Shown here: one piece after another, positions 1 to 13,560 of the stretch
Position numbering within the stretch: position 1 is the first letter of the stretch
Layout: each line of letters opens with the position of its first letter
Source: Mobula hypostoma
Taxonomy: Eukaryota
Length of the DNA: 64,000 nt
Assembly (NCBI RefSeq): GCF_963921235.1
Contig: NC_086108.1
Coordinates: 67,830,001 to 67,894,000 of the forward strand
Direction of reading: 5' to 3'
Translations under genes and position numbers: made by a program
The notes under the pieces: generated by a model
What the model saw: the letters and a program-made list of their open reading frames with translations, nothing else
The model's database searches: none
What the model was told of the DNA's origin: nothing

Positions 1-203
1 TAGTTTTTGTGTGAGAGAGGGGGTGGGGGGTCTGGCTTTTGTTTTGTTTGTTTTTCATACGAGGGGAGGTGTTGATGTCTTTTCTTTCAACAACTCCCAT
101 GGTAGTCTGTATTTCATGGCTACCTGGAGAAGTCGAATATCAGAGTTGTATTGTACCTGCATACTTTGACAATAAAATGAACCTTTGAACCATTGAACCT
201 TTG
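1..203 (+). mobile_element. 3' end of a LINE (Rex1/Babar-like tail)
   Basis: AATAAA followed by a TGAACCTT-type repeated tail. A similar tail occurs at 55318-55487. Confidence 0.5.
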
Positions 204-639
204 TCAAAGAAGAAAATGGTTATCTAGATATTGCTGACATTCCCAGAATTCTAATGAATATATCTGTGTGATTGAGTTCATTACAAAACAAGGAACATTG
301 TTGGAAAACGGAATTGGCTCTGCAGTAATTATGATGCATCAATTGCAGTTTTAATGCCTTTTTTACAGATGGTGCTCTGCCTTCTTTCATGCCTACCAGT
401 AGAAAGGATCAAGGCAATAGGTATAGCTGAATTCAGAATAGGAAGAGATCAAATAGAAGCAGAACTACCCATTCTGAATTTTCTCAGTCAAGTAGTGAAC
501 ATGATAGGCTTTCAAATAAAAGAAAGATTGAGGAGGTATCAAGAGCTGGTAGAGAATGTATTTACCTGGAAGCTTTTTCCAGCAGCTGAAGGACATTGGA
601 AGGGACATAGGCAATGTCAAGAATATCACAAGAACCCAC

Positions 640-1940
640 TTCTCATTTCTTGTCCCATATTGAATCAACTTTGGTCAGGGATAAGCTCAAGTGGGATGAG
701 AATGTAGGGGGAATGATTAGTAAGTTTGCAGATAACACGAATGATGGAAATGTAGATAACAAAGAAGTTATCTTTTTTAAAGATACAACAGGGTATCGAC
801 CAGCTGGAGAGTTGAGTGAAGCAGAGGCAGGTGGAATTTAATCCTGACAAGTATGAGGAAATACAAATTTGAAGGTCAAATTCTGTTGGGACATAAGGAA
901 TCTTAAGAATAGTCATGTACTGAAACATTGTAGAACGCAGTCTGCAATTCCTTGAAAAAAGCAACTCAAATGGATAGCGTTATGAAAAAAAAACAGTTGA
1001 TGGGTCACGTTGTGGCACATTATGGCAATTCAGCAAACCATTGACTAGATCACACAGAGAATTGTGTACAAATCTGATTGCTACACTACAGGAAGAATGT
1101 GATAACAATTGAAAGGATACAGTTGAGCTTCACTGAGATTTTGTTTGAAATAGAGGGCAGCAGTTGTACAGATTGGATAGGCTAGGCTTATTCTCACTGC
1201 AATGCAGAAGTCTAAGGAATATAGAGGCTTACAAAATTATGAGGAGCATAGATAGGGTAGATTGACATTATCTTATTCCCGGGGCAGGGGTATCAACAAC
1301 TAGAAGGCACAAGCTTAAGTTGAAAGGGGAGATTCTCAGGGTATGTTTTTCTCTACAGAGGGTGGTGAGTATTTGGAATATTTGTAATCAGCTCCCACAG
1401 GAGAGAGTGGGGGCACATACTATTAGGCATTTGCACATTGTGTTTGATGGCTCTGGGTATGTACTTGCTGAAGTTAAGAAGAATGAGGGGGGATTTCATT
1501 GAAACCAATCAAGTATTGAATGGCCTAGATGGAGAGGAAGTGGAGAGAATGGTTTCTATAGTGGGGGAGTCTAGGGCCAGAGGGCACAGCCTCAGAATAC
1601 AAGGAAGTTCATATAGAACTGAGATGAGGAGGAATTTCTTGAGCCAGAGAGTGGTGAATCTGTGAAATACATTGCCACAGAAGGTTGTGGTGGCCAAGAC
1701 ATTGGGTATATTTAAAGTGGAGGTTGACAGATTCTTAATTAGTAAGGGTGTCAAAGGTTACAGGGAGAAGGCAGGAGAATGGGCATGAGAGGGTTAATAA
1801 ATCAGTCATGATGAAATGGCAGAGCAGACTCAATAGGCTTAATTCTGCTCCTATGCCTTACAGTCTAAGGTACTTTTGTTAGGAAGGGAGTAGAATGGCA
1901 TGATTCCAATGCAGGCAAATGGGATTAGCATAGATAGACC
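640..1940 (+). mobile_element. Degraded CR1 3' region with a nested second CR1 3' end (~1435-1870)
   Basis: ISKFADNT, RRMRGDFIET..ESRARGHSLRI..RNFLSQRVVNL and a CR1-type 3' UTR. Confidence 0.8.
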
Positions 1941-3864
1941 TGAGCAAGCTGATTATTGGGATGCACTTTGAATGCACTGGACTAATTTCATTCATTGTTC
2001 ATCTGCTTCTGGAACTGGCACCACTAAAGAGGATACACATCGGAAAAATATATAACCATCTTCTCAACAACAAACCAAGCTGCACCATTTGTGACAAATG
2101 AGGAAACCAGCAAACCTACTGACCCAAAAATGTGGGAACATTTATTTTACAGTTTTATTTTAACATTGTGTTTTTTATTGCTGTTTATGTATGTTTGTTT
2201 AAGGAGGAAGTGTATGTTCTAATCTTTTAAGAGATATTGTAATTCTATTATATCAACTCAAATTGAGATGGAAATAAAAGGATATGGACATTTTGGAGAG
2301 TGATGGCCTTTTGGTATTAAAGTAAAATAGGAATATGAGACTAGTGTGCACAAGTAGCAATGAGCTAAAAGAATCAGCCATGACCTTATTGGAAGACAGA
2401 GCAAGCACAAAGGGATAAATGGCCCACCATTGCTTCCATTTTGTATGCTGTTACGTTGAAATGATGCCTTTATCTTAATTTATTGAATATTCAATGCACC
2501 GTCAAGATTGAAGGGTAATTCTTCTGTTAAATAACTAATGCATATTGCTCGGTAAGTTCACATATTTTCATGAGTGGCAGTAGAAATATCTGCCTTTGCG
2601 CTTAATGAGTGTGCTGGGGGTTACTTTTATATAAAAATATAACTAATAAGTACATTTAACACCCTTATGAAGGCAGGTTAATTGTATTATTACTCAATGA
2701 AATGAAGCCTAAAAATCCGGCAGCCTGAGGAAAAAATGATTTACATTGGGCTGAAAATTAGCAAACAACTTAGTTATAATATGATCCCGCCAAATTAACC
2801 CTACTATGAATTTCAGAAGCCAGGAATTGAAGAGTGGAGAAGAATTGGTCCTGCACTGTGATCAGGGCAAAGGGAGCAAGAGTGCAAAAGGGAGCAAGTG
2901 TGTTTGAAGTTTTATAGTATGTTTCAGGTTGCAGGAAGCAGATTGAGGGAATAGACACATTGTGTGGGAGGATTGGGACTTATTCTGGGGCTGGTAATTA
3001 GGTAAATAGCAGCAGGATACAATAGTCTGAGATTAACATCTCTGGTGGGGGTCTGAAAGATCGTGTATTAAAGGGTGGAAATTCAGTCCTGGAACTCACA
3101 AGATCAGATGTCATGAGTTTAAATTTGTTTGGGGGGGTGGTGGTTGGTGAGAAATATAAGCATGGGACATATCCAATACGCTCATTGACAAGGGCGATGC
3201 TAAATTTGGTTGACTCAGTCATAACCAATGATGGTTGCTCCCAGGAAAACTTGCTGTAAAATTTGCAATACTCCAAAAAGAATTTCTATAGGGAATTCAA
3301 TTGCTACTGATGTGGAAGTCAAATCAGAGCCTAGTGGTATTTTGTGCCTGAAAATTTATGATCAAATTTTCAGAGTGGTGCCAACCTACTCAGAAATGAT
3401 CATTATTGCACTTTATTTAGAAAACTAAAATCAAAATCATTTGCATAATGCTGATAAAAACATTGTACACTTAAGGCATGTAATTGAGTTCATTAGGATT
3501 ACTTCTAGCCAGCACTTTAAATCAAATTATTAGCATATTTCCTGTAATCAAGTTAACATTTCCCAGAAAAAAGCAACTAGATCAAACCTTACAAAATGCA
3601 TTGATCAGTTAATGGACAGAATATGCGAACCCATTATTTTCTATACTTAACATACTAATTATTGTGCAGAGAGATACTTTCACAAATACATTGTCAGTAA
3701 TTGTGAAGCACAGTCATGAGTTAAGAATAAAGTATTCTCTAAACATATGGATAAAGCAATGTTAGATATGCATAATAAGGATGCGTGTCCAGTGAAGTGA
3801 AAACAAATCTATAGAAATCTAATTTCCTTCAAACATTTCCACTACTTAAAGGAAAACTGCTTAC

Positions 3865-4010
3865 GAAAGAAAAGTTCACTGCATTTTAAGCTTGGGAAAG
3901 ATTGCTTGCCTCTGGAACTTCTCTTCATCCTCAAAGATGTTTCCATACATAAATCCATTCATCATAGTTGAATGAGCATGAATGTCAATGTAAAATTCCA
4001 TGCTTGCTTT
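3865..4010 (-). pseudogene. AGBL4: AGBL4/CCP6 exon (about exon 10 equivalent) with a 7-nt frameshifting deletion
   Basis: gcaatag|AAA GCA AGC ATG...TTC|gtaagc. Translates KASMEFYIDIHAHSTMMNGFMYGNIFEDEEKFQRQAIFPKL then KMQ*; the shifted frame gives NAVNFSF. Recalled human ending is FPKLLCQNAEDFSY. Length is 146 nt against 153 expected for 51 codons. Confidence 0.95.
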
Positions 4011-7000
4011 CTATTGCAGAAGGTAAAAGTCAATAGGTATCAAATGCAACTTGAAAATTAATAAACCAGCTTCAAGGCTGTAATATTTCATAAAAATACT
4101 TCTAACTTTTATTTCTGAATAAATAGAGGTCAAAGATTCAGGGGATTCATCCAAACAGGAATCAAAACAAATGGTAATAACTGTTGACTGACAAGAATGG
4201 CATGGTGTATAAAATTAAGGGAGCACTGTTGTTATGTAATATTCATATATGTGTTCAATGGTATCTTATGGTAGATGAACATCAGATTTTTATGTTTTGG
4301 GGTGAATAATTGAATATACATAAGATGTTGTATAGGAATTGTCTTGGTGTTTAATTCTCATCTGCTGTGGACATAGTTTGCAAAAATAGTCATTACCTCC
4401 AAGATGACTGGATGCTAGGAATAATATGCCCATTTTTATTCAATTTATGAAATAGTAATGTATTTATATAAAGTAAAAGAATATTTATATAAAGTGCAAC
4501 AAAAGTTCAGTTTTTGAAGTGTCTTTCTTTGCTCTTAAATAGGATTTCCATATAACCTTTCCAATGTTCTTTTAACAGTTGCTTTGGAAAGCAGTATAGA
4601 TGAATTCTGGTATTATCTGTCTCTACAACCGTACTAAGCCTTCTGCATTACTGGACTCACTTCTGCAATGCGGGACTTTACATAACATTGCCTTTAATAT
4701 ATTTGGTATGAACTTTTAAGTAGCAAGTAATGAACTTCTCTGAGACGTCTGTCATTTTAAACAGACAAAATCCAGAATTTTGTAAGCTCAAAGATCTCAT
4801 TTTCAAAATAAAACTGCTTTAGTTGGAGGTGTGAAAGCAAGAAACTGTTCTTATCAAAAAGACAGAAAATTGTAGCTTAAAAATGGTTACAGATACTGTA
4901 CATAAACGTTCCAAAATTATCTATTCATGACAGCACTTCTAGTCCTGAGGGTCATAAACACATGGTGGAGCACAAGCAACTCTGTTTTAAATTCAGTCCA
5001 CAGCAGAAGCAATTTCCTAGTGTGCAAAGTGCTGTCAGGAGCTCTGATGTTTGTGTATGAAATATAGACAAGATGACTGGCCCATCGGCAGCCATGTCAG
5101 GCTGATGGATGGCGCCTGTAAAGAAGTAAAGCGGCTGCTGTTAGGGCCAGTCTATCAGCAGCTTGAAGGAGATTCAGACTTAATAGAGGTAAAACTCTTA
5201 TAATCTGCAAATTTCCTCAGGTGATGCAAAAAGGACAAATCTAAAATATAAAATGCAGTATCTGCCTCGAGAATAATACAGCACAACATTGACAGACAGA
5301 CATAAAATAGAATGAGTATGCTCATAAGCTCAAGTAATTCAGAACGTGTTCGTGGATAAATTAAACTTGCACACATTACAGCTTATTTATATTTCACATG
5401 CAACACCATTTCTTAAAAAATAGCTGAAGCTGTAACAGTAGGTTTATATATGTCAAACTGCAACTGATGAATTAAAGACAAAATGGCTCTCAGGAATTAT
5501 ATTCATCTTTTTGGACAGAACAAATACACTTGTTTCTATTGAAATTAATTTTTTGCATTTAGAAGAGGTCAAAATGAACTTCAAAGAAATCTCAGTTATT
5601 TCTTCATTTTCAACAAATGATCTCAAATAGACTTGTCAGCTGCAGGGGGTATGTATTTCAATGATATATGTTGGGTAGAATTGATCAAACTGAATTTCTT
5701 ATTAATTTAAACAAATATAGCACCAGTTATTAAACAGGAAATTGTCTGAGCTTTCAGTTTCAGGGGTATTATGTCAAGGAGAAGATAATGTTTATTGCAT
5801 TTTTTACTGCTTTACTAACTTGCTGTAGGATGTGTTCCTTGTTTTGCTGGGAGTTAACAAAAACAGAGCTCCTGGTGTTGTGCATTATAGATCCAATTTC
5901 CATCTAAATATGAGGATGAGGAGAGGTTCCTGGGGCAAGCATTCTTTCCCAGGCTTCATTGCCAAAAATGCTGCAGACTACTTATTTATAAGCAGTTTCT
6001 TTTCAATTAGTAGAACTGTTATTTCAAGGACATCAGACCTTTATAAATGTTAACTTGGCTACATAATGTTTACACACCAATCAAATGCAGTATTAAATAA
6101 CACAAACATAACAAAACATTTTATTATGGGGAGGGATCAAGTTTAGTATGTGCAACGCACACACACGCACACATTAAATTCATTTTAAGCATATTTTTAT
6201 TCGAAAAACGGAAGGTGACATATCCTGTTGAAATCTCACCCATCGTGAAACTGTACAATTGAACTTGGCATTTTCAGGTCTGATTCAACATGTACACCTG
6301 ATTGTTTGCCAATGTTTTCTGCACATGTACGGTGTCATGTAGGATATTCATCACTATCTTACTCAAGTCAGCAAGGAATTAAAGAGTCACTAAAGGGAAA
6401 TATACAGTGTATAGCTTTCTATATCTTATACCTGACATTTTAAATATTTTTCATACTTCACACATCATGTTGTAATCTCTACCCTTTGATAAGCTATACC
6501 TCAAAACAGACTGAGACATTGGTGGTATGGAACATAATCTTCACTGATGATTGTGAGGCCAGAGCACTAAAATCATGAGTTCCTCTTGCCCCATATTTTA
6601 CTTCACCTATATACTCGGCTTTACGGGGCTCTAGGTTTTGTTGCCATTTTCAAATATTTTATGATTTGCATATTATAGAGGCACCTATACAGTGACAGTA
6701 CAATATACAAAAGTGATTGTGTCCAACAATTTATTACAGCAGTTAAGGGTAATGCACTGGTGGAACTGTTTGTTAAATAAGTTTGCTTATTTATTCATGA
6801 AGTGTCTCCTCTTCACAAAGGAAAGTAAAATCACTGCTTCATCTGAAGTTGAGAAACAACTCACCAGAGAAATAGCTATTAATACCTATCCCTAAAGCAA
6901 GCATTTAGACAAAATCTCACACTCTAAAGACAATTCACTGCGATATTGAGGAGGAAGGATCACATGAGAAAAAGGGTTGTGATGCACTGCAGAAACAGTC

Positions 7001-8521
7001 AGTAAAATTGGTGACACAGCATAATGGTCTATCCTAAAAGGTAGTCAACAATGTTGCGATAGCATGTCCAAGTAAAATAGGCAAGTTTTAAAGGTACACT
7101 TGCAATCTGACTGTTACAAATTCAAATCTGCTGCTGATATCCGAGTACAGTCAAGGCAAAAATCATCTTATCCTTCTTCTCTTCTCTGGTTGCCCCTCAG
7201 AATTGAGGATGACTTGCTCCCACCCCAATCCTACAGGGCTTGAAGTGACTTTTAGATCAATGTGGAACCCACTGACGTTACTTTGGATGGGACCCATGAT
7301 GTTTGATAGGAACAGGTAAACAAGTAGCTTGTGAGGTAAGTGTTGTTTAGACTGAATTTATGTGTGCTCCAGATAGGCAAACTTAAGTCTCCTAGTGCCA
7401 TCCAAATACTTTCCCACTTTTCACGGTCATGAGTTAGGTATTTCCAGGAGTCAGTGGGGAATTTGCAATACTTCCAGGAGTTCTTGAGGACGCTCGAAAA
7501 TTGTTAACACTTCCCACTTGGAAAAGATTGTAATTAGAGCCTTAATGTTAGGAATACTGGATTGGGGGAGGACTTTCTGGGGAAGTGTCAGCTTTATATA
7601 TGCCAAGACACAAATGCACAGAGAGGGAAAGGAGTCATTGTTATCTGGTAGAAAATGGGCTTGGTGCTGGCCTTGAACTTTTGATCTTTAAATCCTACTA
7701 TTTCCTCAGATAGTGAAAGGCTGTACTGGTGCACTAATAGTGAACCTCATTATTGATGACTACCTTTACTGAAAGAAGTTTCGATTTTCTAGGGTCTTGT
7801 TGCAGACTTTTACTTTCAGTGGACAGTATTATACAGAAGGGGCAATTTAGTTGAAGATCTAAGCAACTGAAAGAGTAAAAACATCCTGATAGGAGTTATA
7901 TGTAGTCCCTCAAACAGTAGTAAAGATATAGTCTACAAATTACCATGGGAGATAGAAAATGAATGTCAAAAGGGCAATGTTACAATAGTCATGGAGGATT
8001 TCCATATGCAGGTAGATTGGGAAAATCAGGTTGGTGCTGGATCCTAGGAGGGGGAGTTTCTAGAATGCCTACAAGATGGCTTTTTGGAGCAGCTCATGGC
8101 TGAGCCCGCTAGAGGATTAGATATTCTGGATTGGGTGTCGTGTAATGACCTGGAATTGGTTAAAGAGCTTAAGCTAAAGGAACCCTTAGGAGACGGTGAT
8201 CATAATATGAAAGAATTCACCCTGCAATTTGAGAAGAAGAAGCTAAAGTCAGATGAATCACTACTACAGTGGAGTAAAGGGAATTACAGAGACATGGGAG
8301 AGGAGCTGGCTAAAAGGAGTTTGTAAAGGAACACAAGCAGGGGTGGTGATAGAGCAGCAATGGAGCAATTCAGAAGGCACGGGATATATACATCCCAAAG
8401 AGGAAGAACTATTCCAAGGCAGACAAGAGAAGGCAAAGCCAACATAAAAGCCAAAATTAGTGGGAAGTTAGAGGATTGGAAAGCTTCTAAAAACCAACAG
8501 AAGGCAACTAAAAAAGTCATA

Positions 8522-11091
8522 GAAACATAGAAACATAGAAAATAGGTGCAGGAGTAGGCTATTCGGCCCTTTGAGCCTGCACCGCCATTTATTATGATCA
8601 TGGCTGATCATCCAACTCAGAACCCAGCCTTCCCTCCATACCCCCTGACCCCTGTAGCCACAAGGGCCATATCTAACTCCCTCTTAAACATAGCCAATGA
8701 ACTGGCCTCAACAGTTTGCTGTGGCAGAGAATTCCACAGATTCACCACTCTCTGTGTGAAGAAGTTTTTCCTAATCTCGGTCCTAAAAGGCTTCCCCTCT
8801 ATCCTCAAACTGTGACCCCTTGTTCTGGACCTCCCCAACATCGGGAACAATCTTCCCGCATCTAGCCTGTCCAACCCCTTTAGGATCTTATACGTTTCAA
8901 TCAGATCCCCCCTCAATCTTCTAAATTCCAACGAGTACAAGCCTAGTTCATCCAGTCTTTCTTCATATGAAAGACCTGCCATCCCAGGAATCAATCTGGT
9001 GAAGCTTCTTTGTACTCCCTCTATGGCAAAGATGTCTTTCCTCAGATTAGGGGACCAAAACTGCACACAATACTCCAGGTGTGGTCTCACCAAGGCCTTG
9101 TACAACTGCAGTAGTACCTCCCTGCTCCTGTACTCGAATCCTCTCGCTATAAATGCCAGCATACCGTTCGTCTTTTTCACCGCCTGCTGTACCTGCATGC
9201 CCACTTTCAATGACTGGTGTATAATGACACCCAGGTCTCGTTGCACCTCCCCTTTTCCTAATCGGCCACCATTCAGATAATAATCTGTTTTCCTATTTTT
9301 GCCACCAAAGTGGATAACTTCACATTTATCCACATTAAATTGCATCTGCCACGAGTTTGCCCACTCACCCAACCTATCCAAGTCACCCTGCATCCTCTTA
9401 GCATCCTCCTCACTGCTAACACTGCCACCCAGCTTCGTGTCATCCGCAAACTTGGAGATGCTGCATTTAATTCCCTCATCCAAGTCATTAATATATATTG
9501 TAAACAACTGGGGTCCCAGCACTGAGCCTTGCGGTACCCCACTAGTCACCGCCTGCCATTCTGAAAAGGTCCCGTTTATTCCCACTCTTTGCTTCCTGTC
9601 TGCTAACCAATTCTCCACCCACACCAATACCTTACCCCCAATACCGTGTGCTTTAAGTTTGCACACTAATCTCCTGTGTGGGACCTTGTCAAAAGCCTTT
9701 TGAAAATCCAAATATACCACATCCACTGGTTCTCCCCTATCCACTCTACTAGTTACATCCTCAAAAAATTCTATGAGATTCGTCAGACATGATTTTCCTT
9801 TCACAAATCCATGCTGACTTTGTCCGATCATTTCACCGCTTTCCAAATGTGCAGTTATCACATCCTTGATAACTGACTCCAGCAGTTTCCCCACCACCGA
9901 CGTTAGGCTAACCGGCCTATAATTCCCCGGTTTCTCTCTCCCTCCTTTTTTAAAAAGTGGGGTTACATTAGCCACCCTCCAATCCTCAGGAACTAGTCCA
10001 GAATCTAACGAGTTTTGAAAAATTATCACTAATGCATCCACTATTTCTTGGGCTACTTCCTTAAGCACTCTAGGATGCAGACCATCTGGCCCTGGGGATT
10101 TATCTGCCTTCAATCCCTTCAATTTACCTAACACCACTTCCCTACTAACATGTATTTCACTCAGTTCCTCCATCTCACTGGACCCTCTGTCCCTTACTAT
10201 TTCTGGAAGATTATTTATGTCCTCCTTAGTGAAGACAGAACCAAAGTAATTATTCAATTGGTCTGCCATGTCCTTGCTCCCCATAATCAATTCACCTGTT
10301 TCTGTCTGCAGGAGACCTACATTTGTCTTTATCAGTCTTTTCCTTTTTACATATCTATAAAAGCTTTTACAGTCCGTTTTTATGTTCTCTGCCAGTTTTC
10401 TCTCATAATCTTTTTTCCCCTTCCTAATTAAGCCCTTTGTCCTCCTCTGCTGAACTCTGAATTTCTCCCAGTCCTCAGGTGAGCCACTTTCTCTGGCTAA
10501 TTTGTATGCTACTTCTTTGGAATTGTTACTATCCCTAATTTCTCTTGTCAGCCACGGGTGCACTACCTTCCTTGATTTATTCTTTTGCCAAACTGGGATG
10601 AACAATTGTTGTAGTTCATCCATGCAACCTTTAAATGCTTGCCATTGCATATCCACCGTCAATCCTTTAAGTGTCATTTGCCAGTCTATCTTAGCTAATT
10701 CACGTCTCATACCTTCAAAGTTACCCCTCTTTAAGTTCAGAACCTTTGTTTCTGAATTAACTATGTCACTCTCCATGTTAATGAAGAATTCCACCATATT
10801 ATGGTCACTCTTACCCAAGGGGCCTCTCACGACAAGATCGCTAATTAACCCTTCCTCATTGCTCAAAACCCAGTCCAGAATAGCCTGCTCTCTAGTTGGT
10901 TCCTCGACATGTTGGTTCAAAAAACCATCCCGCATACATTCCAAGAAATCCTCTTCCTCAGCACCTTTACCAATTTGGTTCACCCAGTCTACATGTAGAT
11001 TGAAGTCACCCATAATAACTGCTGTTCCTTTATTGCACACATTTCTAATTTCCTGTTTAATACCATCTCTGACCTCACTACTACTGTTACT
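8522..11091 (-). mobile_element. Young 5'-truncated CR1 LINE with an uninterrupted 807-aa ORF2 segment
   Basis: ORF 11040-8617 has endonuclease GDFN/SDH motifs and RT motifs VYLDFQKAFD, GVPQGSVLGP and FADD. (TTTCTATG)n tail at ~8518-8545. TSD GTCATA (8516-8521 / 11092-11097). Confidence 0.96.
8617..11040 (-). CDS. CR1 ORF2 (C-terminal half of the APE endonuclease plus reverse transcriptase), N-terminally incomplete
   Basis: 807-aa stop-free ORF with canonical non-LTR RT motifs. Confidence 0.9.
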   Translation of the reverse strand: MCNKGTAVIMGDFNLHVDWVNQIGKGAEEEDFLECMRDGFLNQHVEEPTREQAILDWVLSNEEGLISDLVVRGPLGKSDHNMVEFFINMESDIVNSETKVLNLKRGNFEGMRRELAKIDWQMTLKGLTVDMQWQAFKGCMDELQQLFIPVWQKNKSRKVVHPWLTREIRDSNNSKEVAYKLARESGSPEDWEKFRVQQRRTKGLIRKGKKDYERKLAENIKTDCKSFYRYVKRKRLIKTNVGLLQTETGELIMGSKDMADQLNNYFGSVFTKEDINNLPEIVRDRGSSEMEELSEIHVSREVVLGKLKGLKADKSPGPDGLHPRVLKEVAQEIVDALVIIFQNSLDSGLVPEDWRVANVTPLFKKGGREKPGNYRPVSLTSVVGKLLESVIKDVITAHLESGEMIGQSQHGFVKGKSCLTNLIEFFEDVTSRVDRGEPVDVVYLDFQKAFDKVPHRRLVCKLKAHGIGGKVLVWVENWLADRKQRVGINGTFSEWQAVTSGVPQGSVLGPQLFTIYINDLDEGIKCSISKFADDTKLGGSVSSEEDAKRMQGDLDRLGEWANSWQMQFNVDKCEVIHFGGKNRKTDYYLNGGRLGKGEVQRDLGVIIHQSLKVGMQVQQAVKKTNGMLAFIARGFEYRSREVLLQLYKALVRPHLEYCVQFWSPNLRKDIFAIEGVQRSFTRLIPGMAGLSYEERLDELGLYSLEFRRLRGDLIETYKILKGLDRLDAGRLFPMLGRSRTRGHSLRIEGKPFRTEIRKNFFTQRVVNLWNSLPQQTVEASSLAMFKRELDMALVATGVRGYGGKAGF

Positions 11092-13189
11092 GTCATAAAG
11101 AAGGAAAAGATGGAACTTGAAGGTAAGCTAGCCAATAATATTTAACAGGATATCAAAAGTTTCTTCAGTTACATGAAGTGTAAAAGAGAGGCAAGGGTAG
11201 ATATTGGAGCACTGGATAACAATGCTGGAGAGGTAGTAATGGGACAAGGAATGGCAGGTGAACTGAATAAGCATACTGCACCAATCTTCACAGTAGAAAA
11301 CACTAGGAGTATGCAGGAAGTTCAAGAATGTCAGGGGGCAGAAGTGAATGAAGTTGCCATTACTAGGGAGAAGGTTCTTGGGAAACTGAAAGGTCTGAAG
11401 GTAGATAAGTCACCTGGACCAGATGGTATACACCCCAGGGTTCTGAAAGAGGTGGATGAAGAGATTGTGGAGACATTAGTAATGATCTTTCAAGAATCAA
11501 TTGATTCTGGCATGGTTTTAGAGGAATGGAAAATTGCAAGTGTCTCTCCACTCTTCAGAAAGGGAGAGGAAAGGAAATGATTGGCTAGTTAGTCTGACCT
11601 CTGTGTTTGGGAATTTGTTGGAGTCAATTGTTAAGGATGTGGTTTCAGAGTGCTTGAACGCACATTATAGAACAGATTGTAGTCAGTATTGTTTCCTCAA
11701 GGGAAAATCTTGCCTGACAAATCTTTTGGAATTCTTTGAAGAAATAACAAGCAGGATAGACAAAAGAGAATCAGTAAATGTTGTGGATCTTCAGAAGACC
11801 CTTTGACAAGGTGCCACACATGAGGCTGCTTAACAAGTTAAGAGCCCATGCTATTACAAGAAAATTACTAGCATGGATAGAGTATTGACTGACTGAAAGG
11901 AGGCAAATAATAGGAATGGAGCCTTTTGTGGTTGGCTGCTGGAGACTAGTGGTGTTGCACTGGAGTCTGTGTTTGGACTGCTTCTTTTTTAAGTTATATG
12001 TCAATGAGTTGGATAAGAGAATTGAGGGCTTTTTGGCCAAATTTGCAGACGATACAAAGATAGGTGGAAGGGCAGGATAGTTTTGAAGAAGTAGAGAGGC
12101 TATAGAAGGACTTAGACAGATTAGGAGAATGGGCAAAGAAGTGGCAGAGGGAACATAGTGTCAGCAAGTGTACGGTCATGCACTTTAAAAGGGTAGGCTA
12201 TTTTCTAAATGGAGAGAAAATTCAAAAATATGAGGTGGAAAGGGACCCGGAAGTCCTTGTGCAGAATTCCCTAAAGGTTAATATGCAGGTTGAGTCAGTG
12301 GTGAGGAAGGCAAATGCAATGTTAACCTTCATTTCCAAAGGACTAGAATATAAAAGCAAGGATATAATTTTGAGGCTTCATGAAGCACCAGTGAGGCCTC
12401 ACTTGGAGTATTGTGAGTAGCTTTGGGTCTCTTTTCTAAGAAATGATGTGCTGACATTGGAGAGAGTTCAAAGGAGATTTACAAAAATGATTCCAGGATT
12501 GAGAGGCTTGTCATATGAGGGGAGCGTTCGATAGCTCAGGACCTCGACTTACTGGAATTCAGAAAATGAGGTATGACTCATTGAAACCTATCGAATGTTG
12601 AAAGGTATTGATAGAGTGGATGTGGAGAAGATATTTGCTATGGTGGGGGAGTCTAATATCAGAGGACATAGCCGGAGAATAGAGGGGCATTCTTTTAGAA
12701 TAGAGATAAAGAGGTATTTCTTTAGCCAGAGAGTGTTGAATCAGTGGAATTTATTGTTACAGGAGGCTGTGGAGGCCAAGTCATTGGGTATATTAAAGGC
12801 AGATGTTGGTGGATTCTTGATTAGTCAGAAGAGATGAGATACAGGGAGAAGGCAGGAGTTCGGAGCTGAGAGGGAAAATGGATCAACCATGATGAAATAG
12901 CAAGCAGACTCAATGGGTCAAATGACCTAATTCTGCTCCTACATCTTATGGTCTTATGGAATCCTCACAAGAGACAGGGTGGGACAAAGACTAACTGAAA
13001 TAAGTCTGTAGGCTTGTAATTTGTGTGTGTGGCTAGCCCATCCCTTTGGAGGGAGACAACTGGATTGGTAATGCTTCCTGTCCGCACACAGAACTTGAAA
13101 ATTCTGTTACTACTTCTTCCAGTTTCTACTGTGTTTTCAGCTTCAAATGACCCACCTCAGAGGCTTTCATTAACTTTACAGGAGATAGG

Positions 13190-13560
13190 GCGACAAAATC
13201 AGGGCATGTAGATTTGGGAGTAATGCACTTGCATAGATTGAGAATTAGTCAATAGGTACAATTCAAATTGTAGCAAAAACTGATTCCTTCACAGATGGCA
13301 GGCTGTGCTTGGTGAGGTACCTCTGGGTGCTTTGACTTAACCATTTATAATCTGTTTGAATGTTTTGACTGTGAGGACCAAATGAATCATTTTCAAGTTT
13401 ACTGATATAACAAAATTTATGTTTGAATGTGAGCTATGATGAAGATGTAACAAGGCTTCAATGGATATAAACAAGTTGAGTGTCTGAAGATGTGGGTAAC
13501 AGTACGGCAAAAGGAGTACAGGGTAAAGAAATGTGAAGCTAGCCATTGCAGAAAAAAACA
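13190..13560 (+). mobile_element. Highly degraded CR1 RT fragment
   Basis: Remnants of the VTSGVPQGS and ISKFADDTK coding sequence (gaggtacctctggg; atttcaagtttactgatataacaaa). Confidence 0.55.

Larger units (their letters stand above)
7850..12960 (+). mobile_element. Older CR1 LINE (7850-8521 and 11092-12960) split by the younger antisense CR1
   Basis: Frameshifted ORF2 pieces (ILDWVSCND, KSPGPDGIHPRVLKE, KSCLTNLLEFFEE, RPHLEYC) and a (TCTTATGG)n tail at ~12944-12959. Confidence 0.92.

Noticed and set aside
354..707. 117-aa ORF
   Set aside because: No recognisable domain or splice context; its end runs into a degraded CR1.
8594..11098. Several plus-strand ORFs of 70-198 aa
   Set aside because: They are antisense shadows of the CR1 ORF2.
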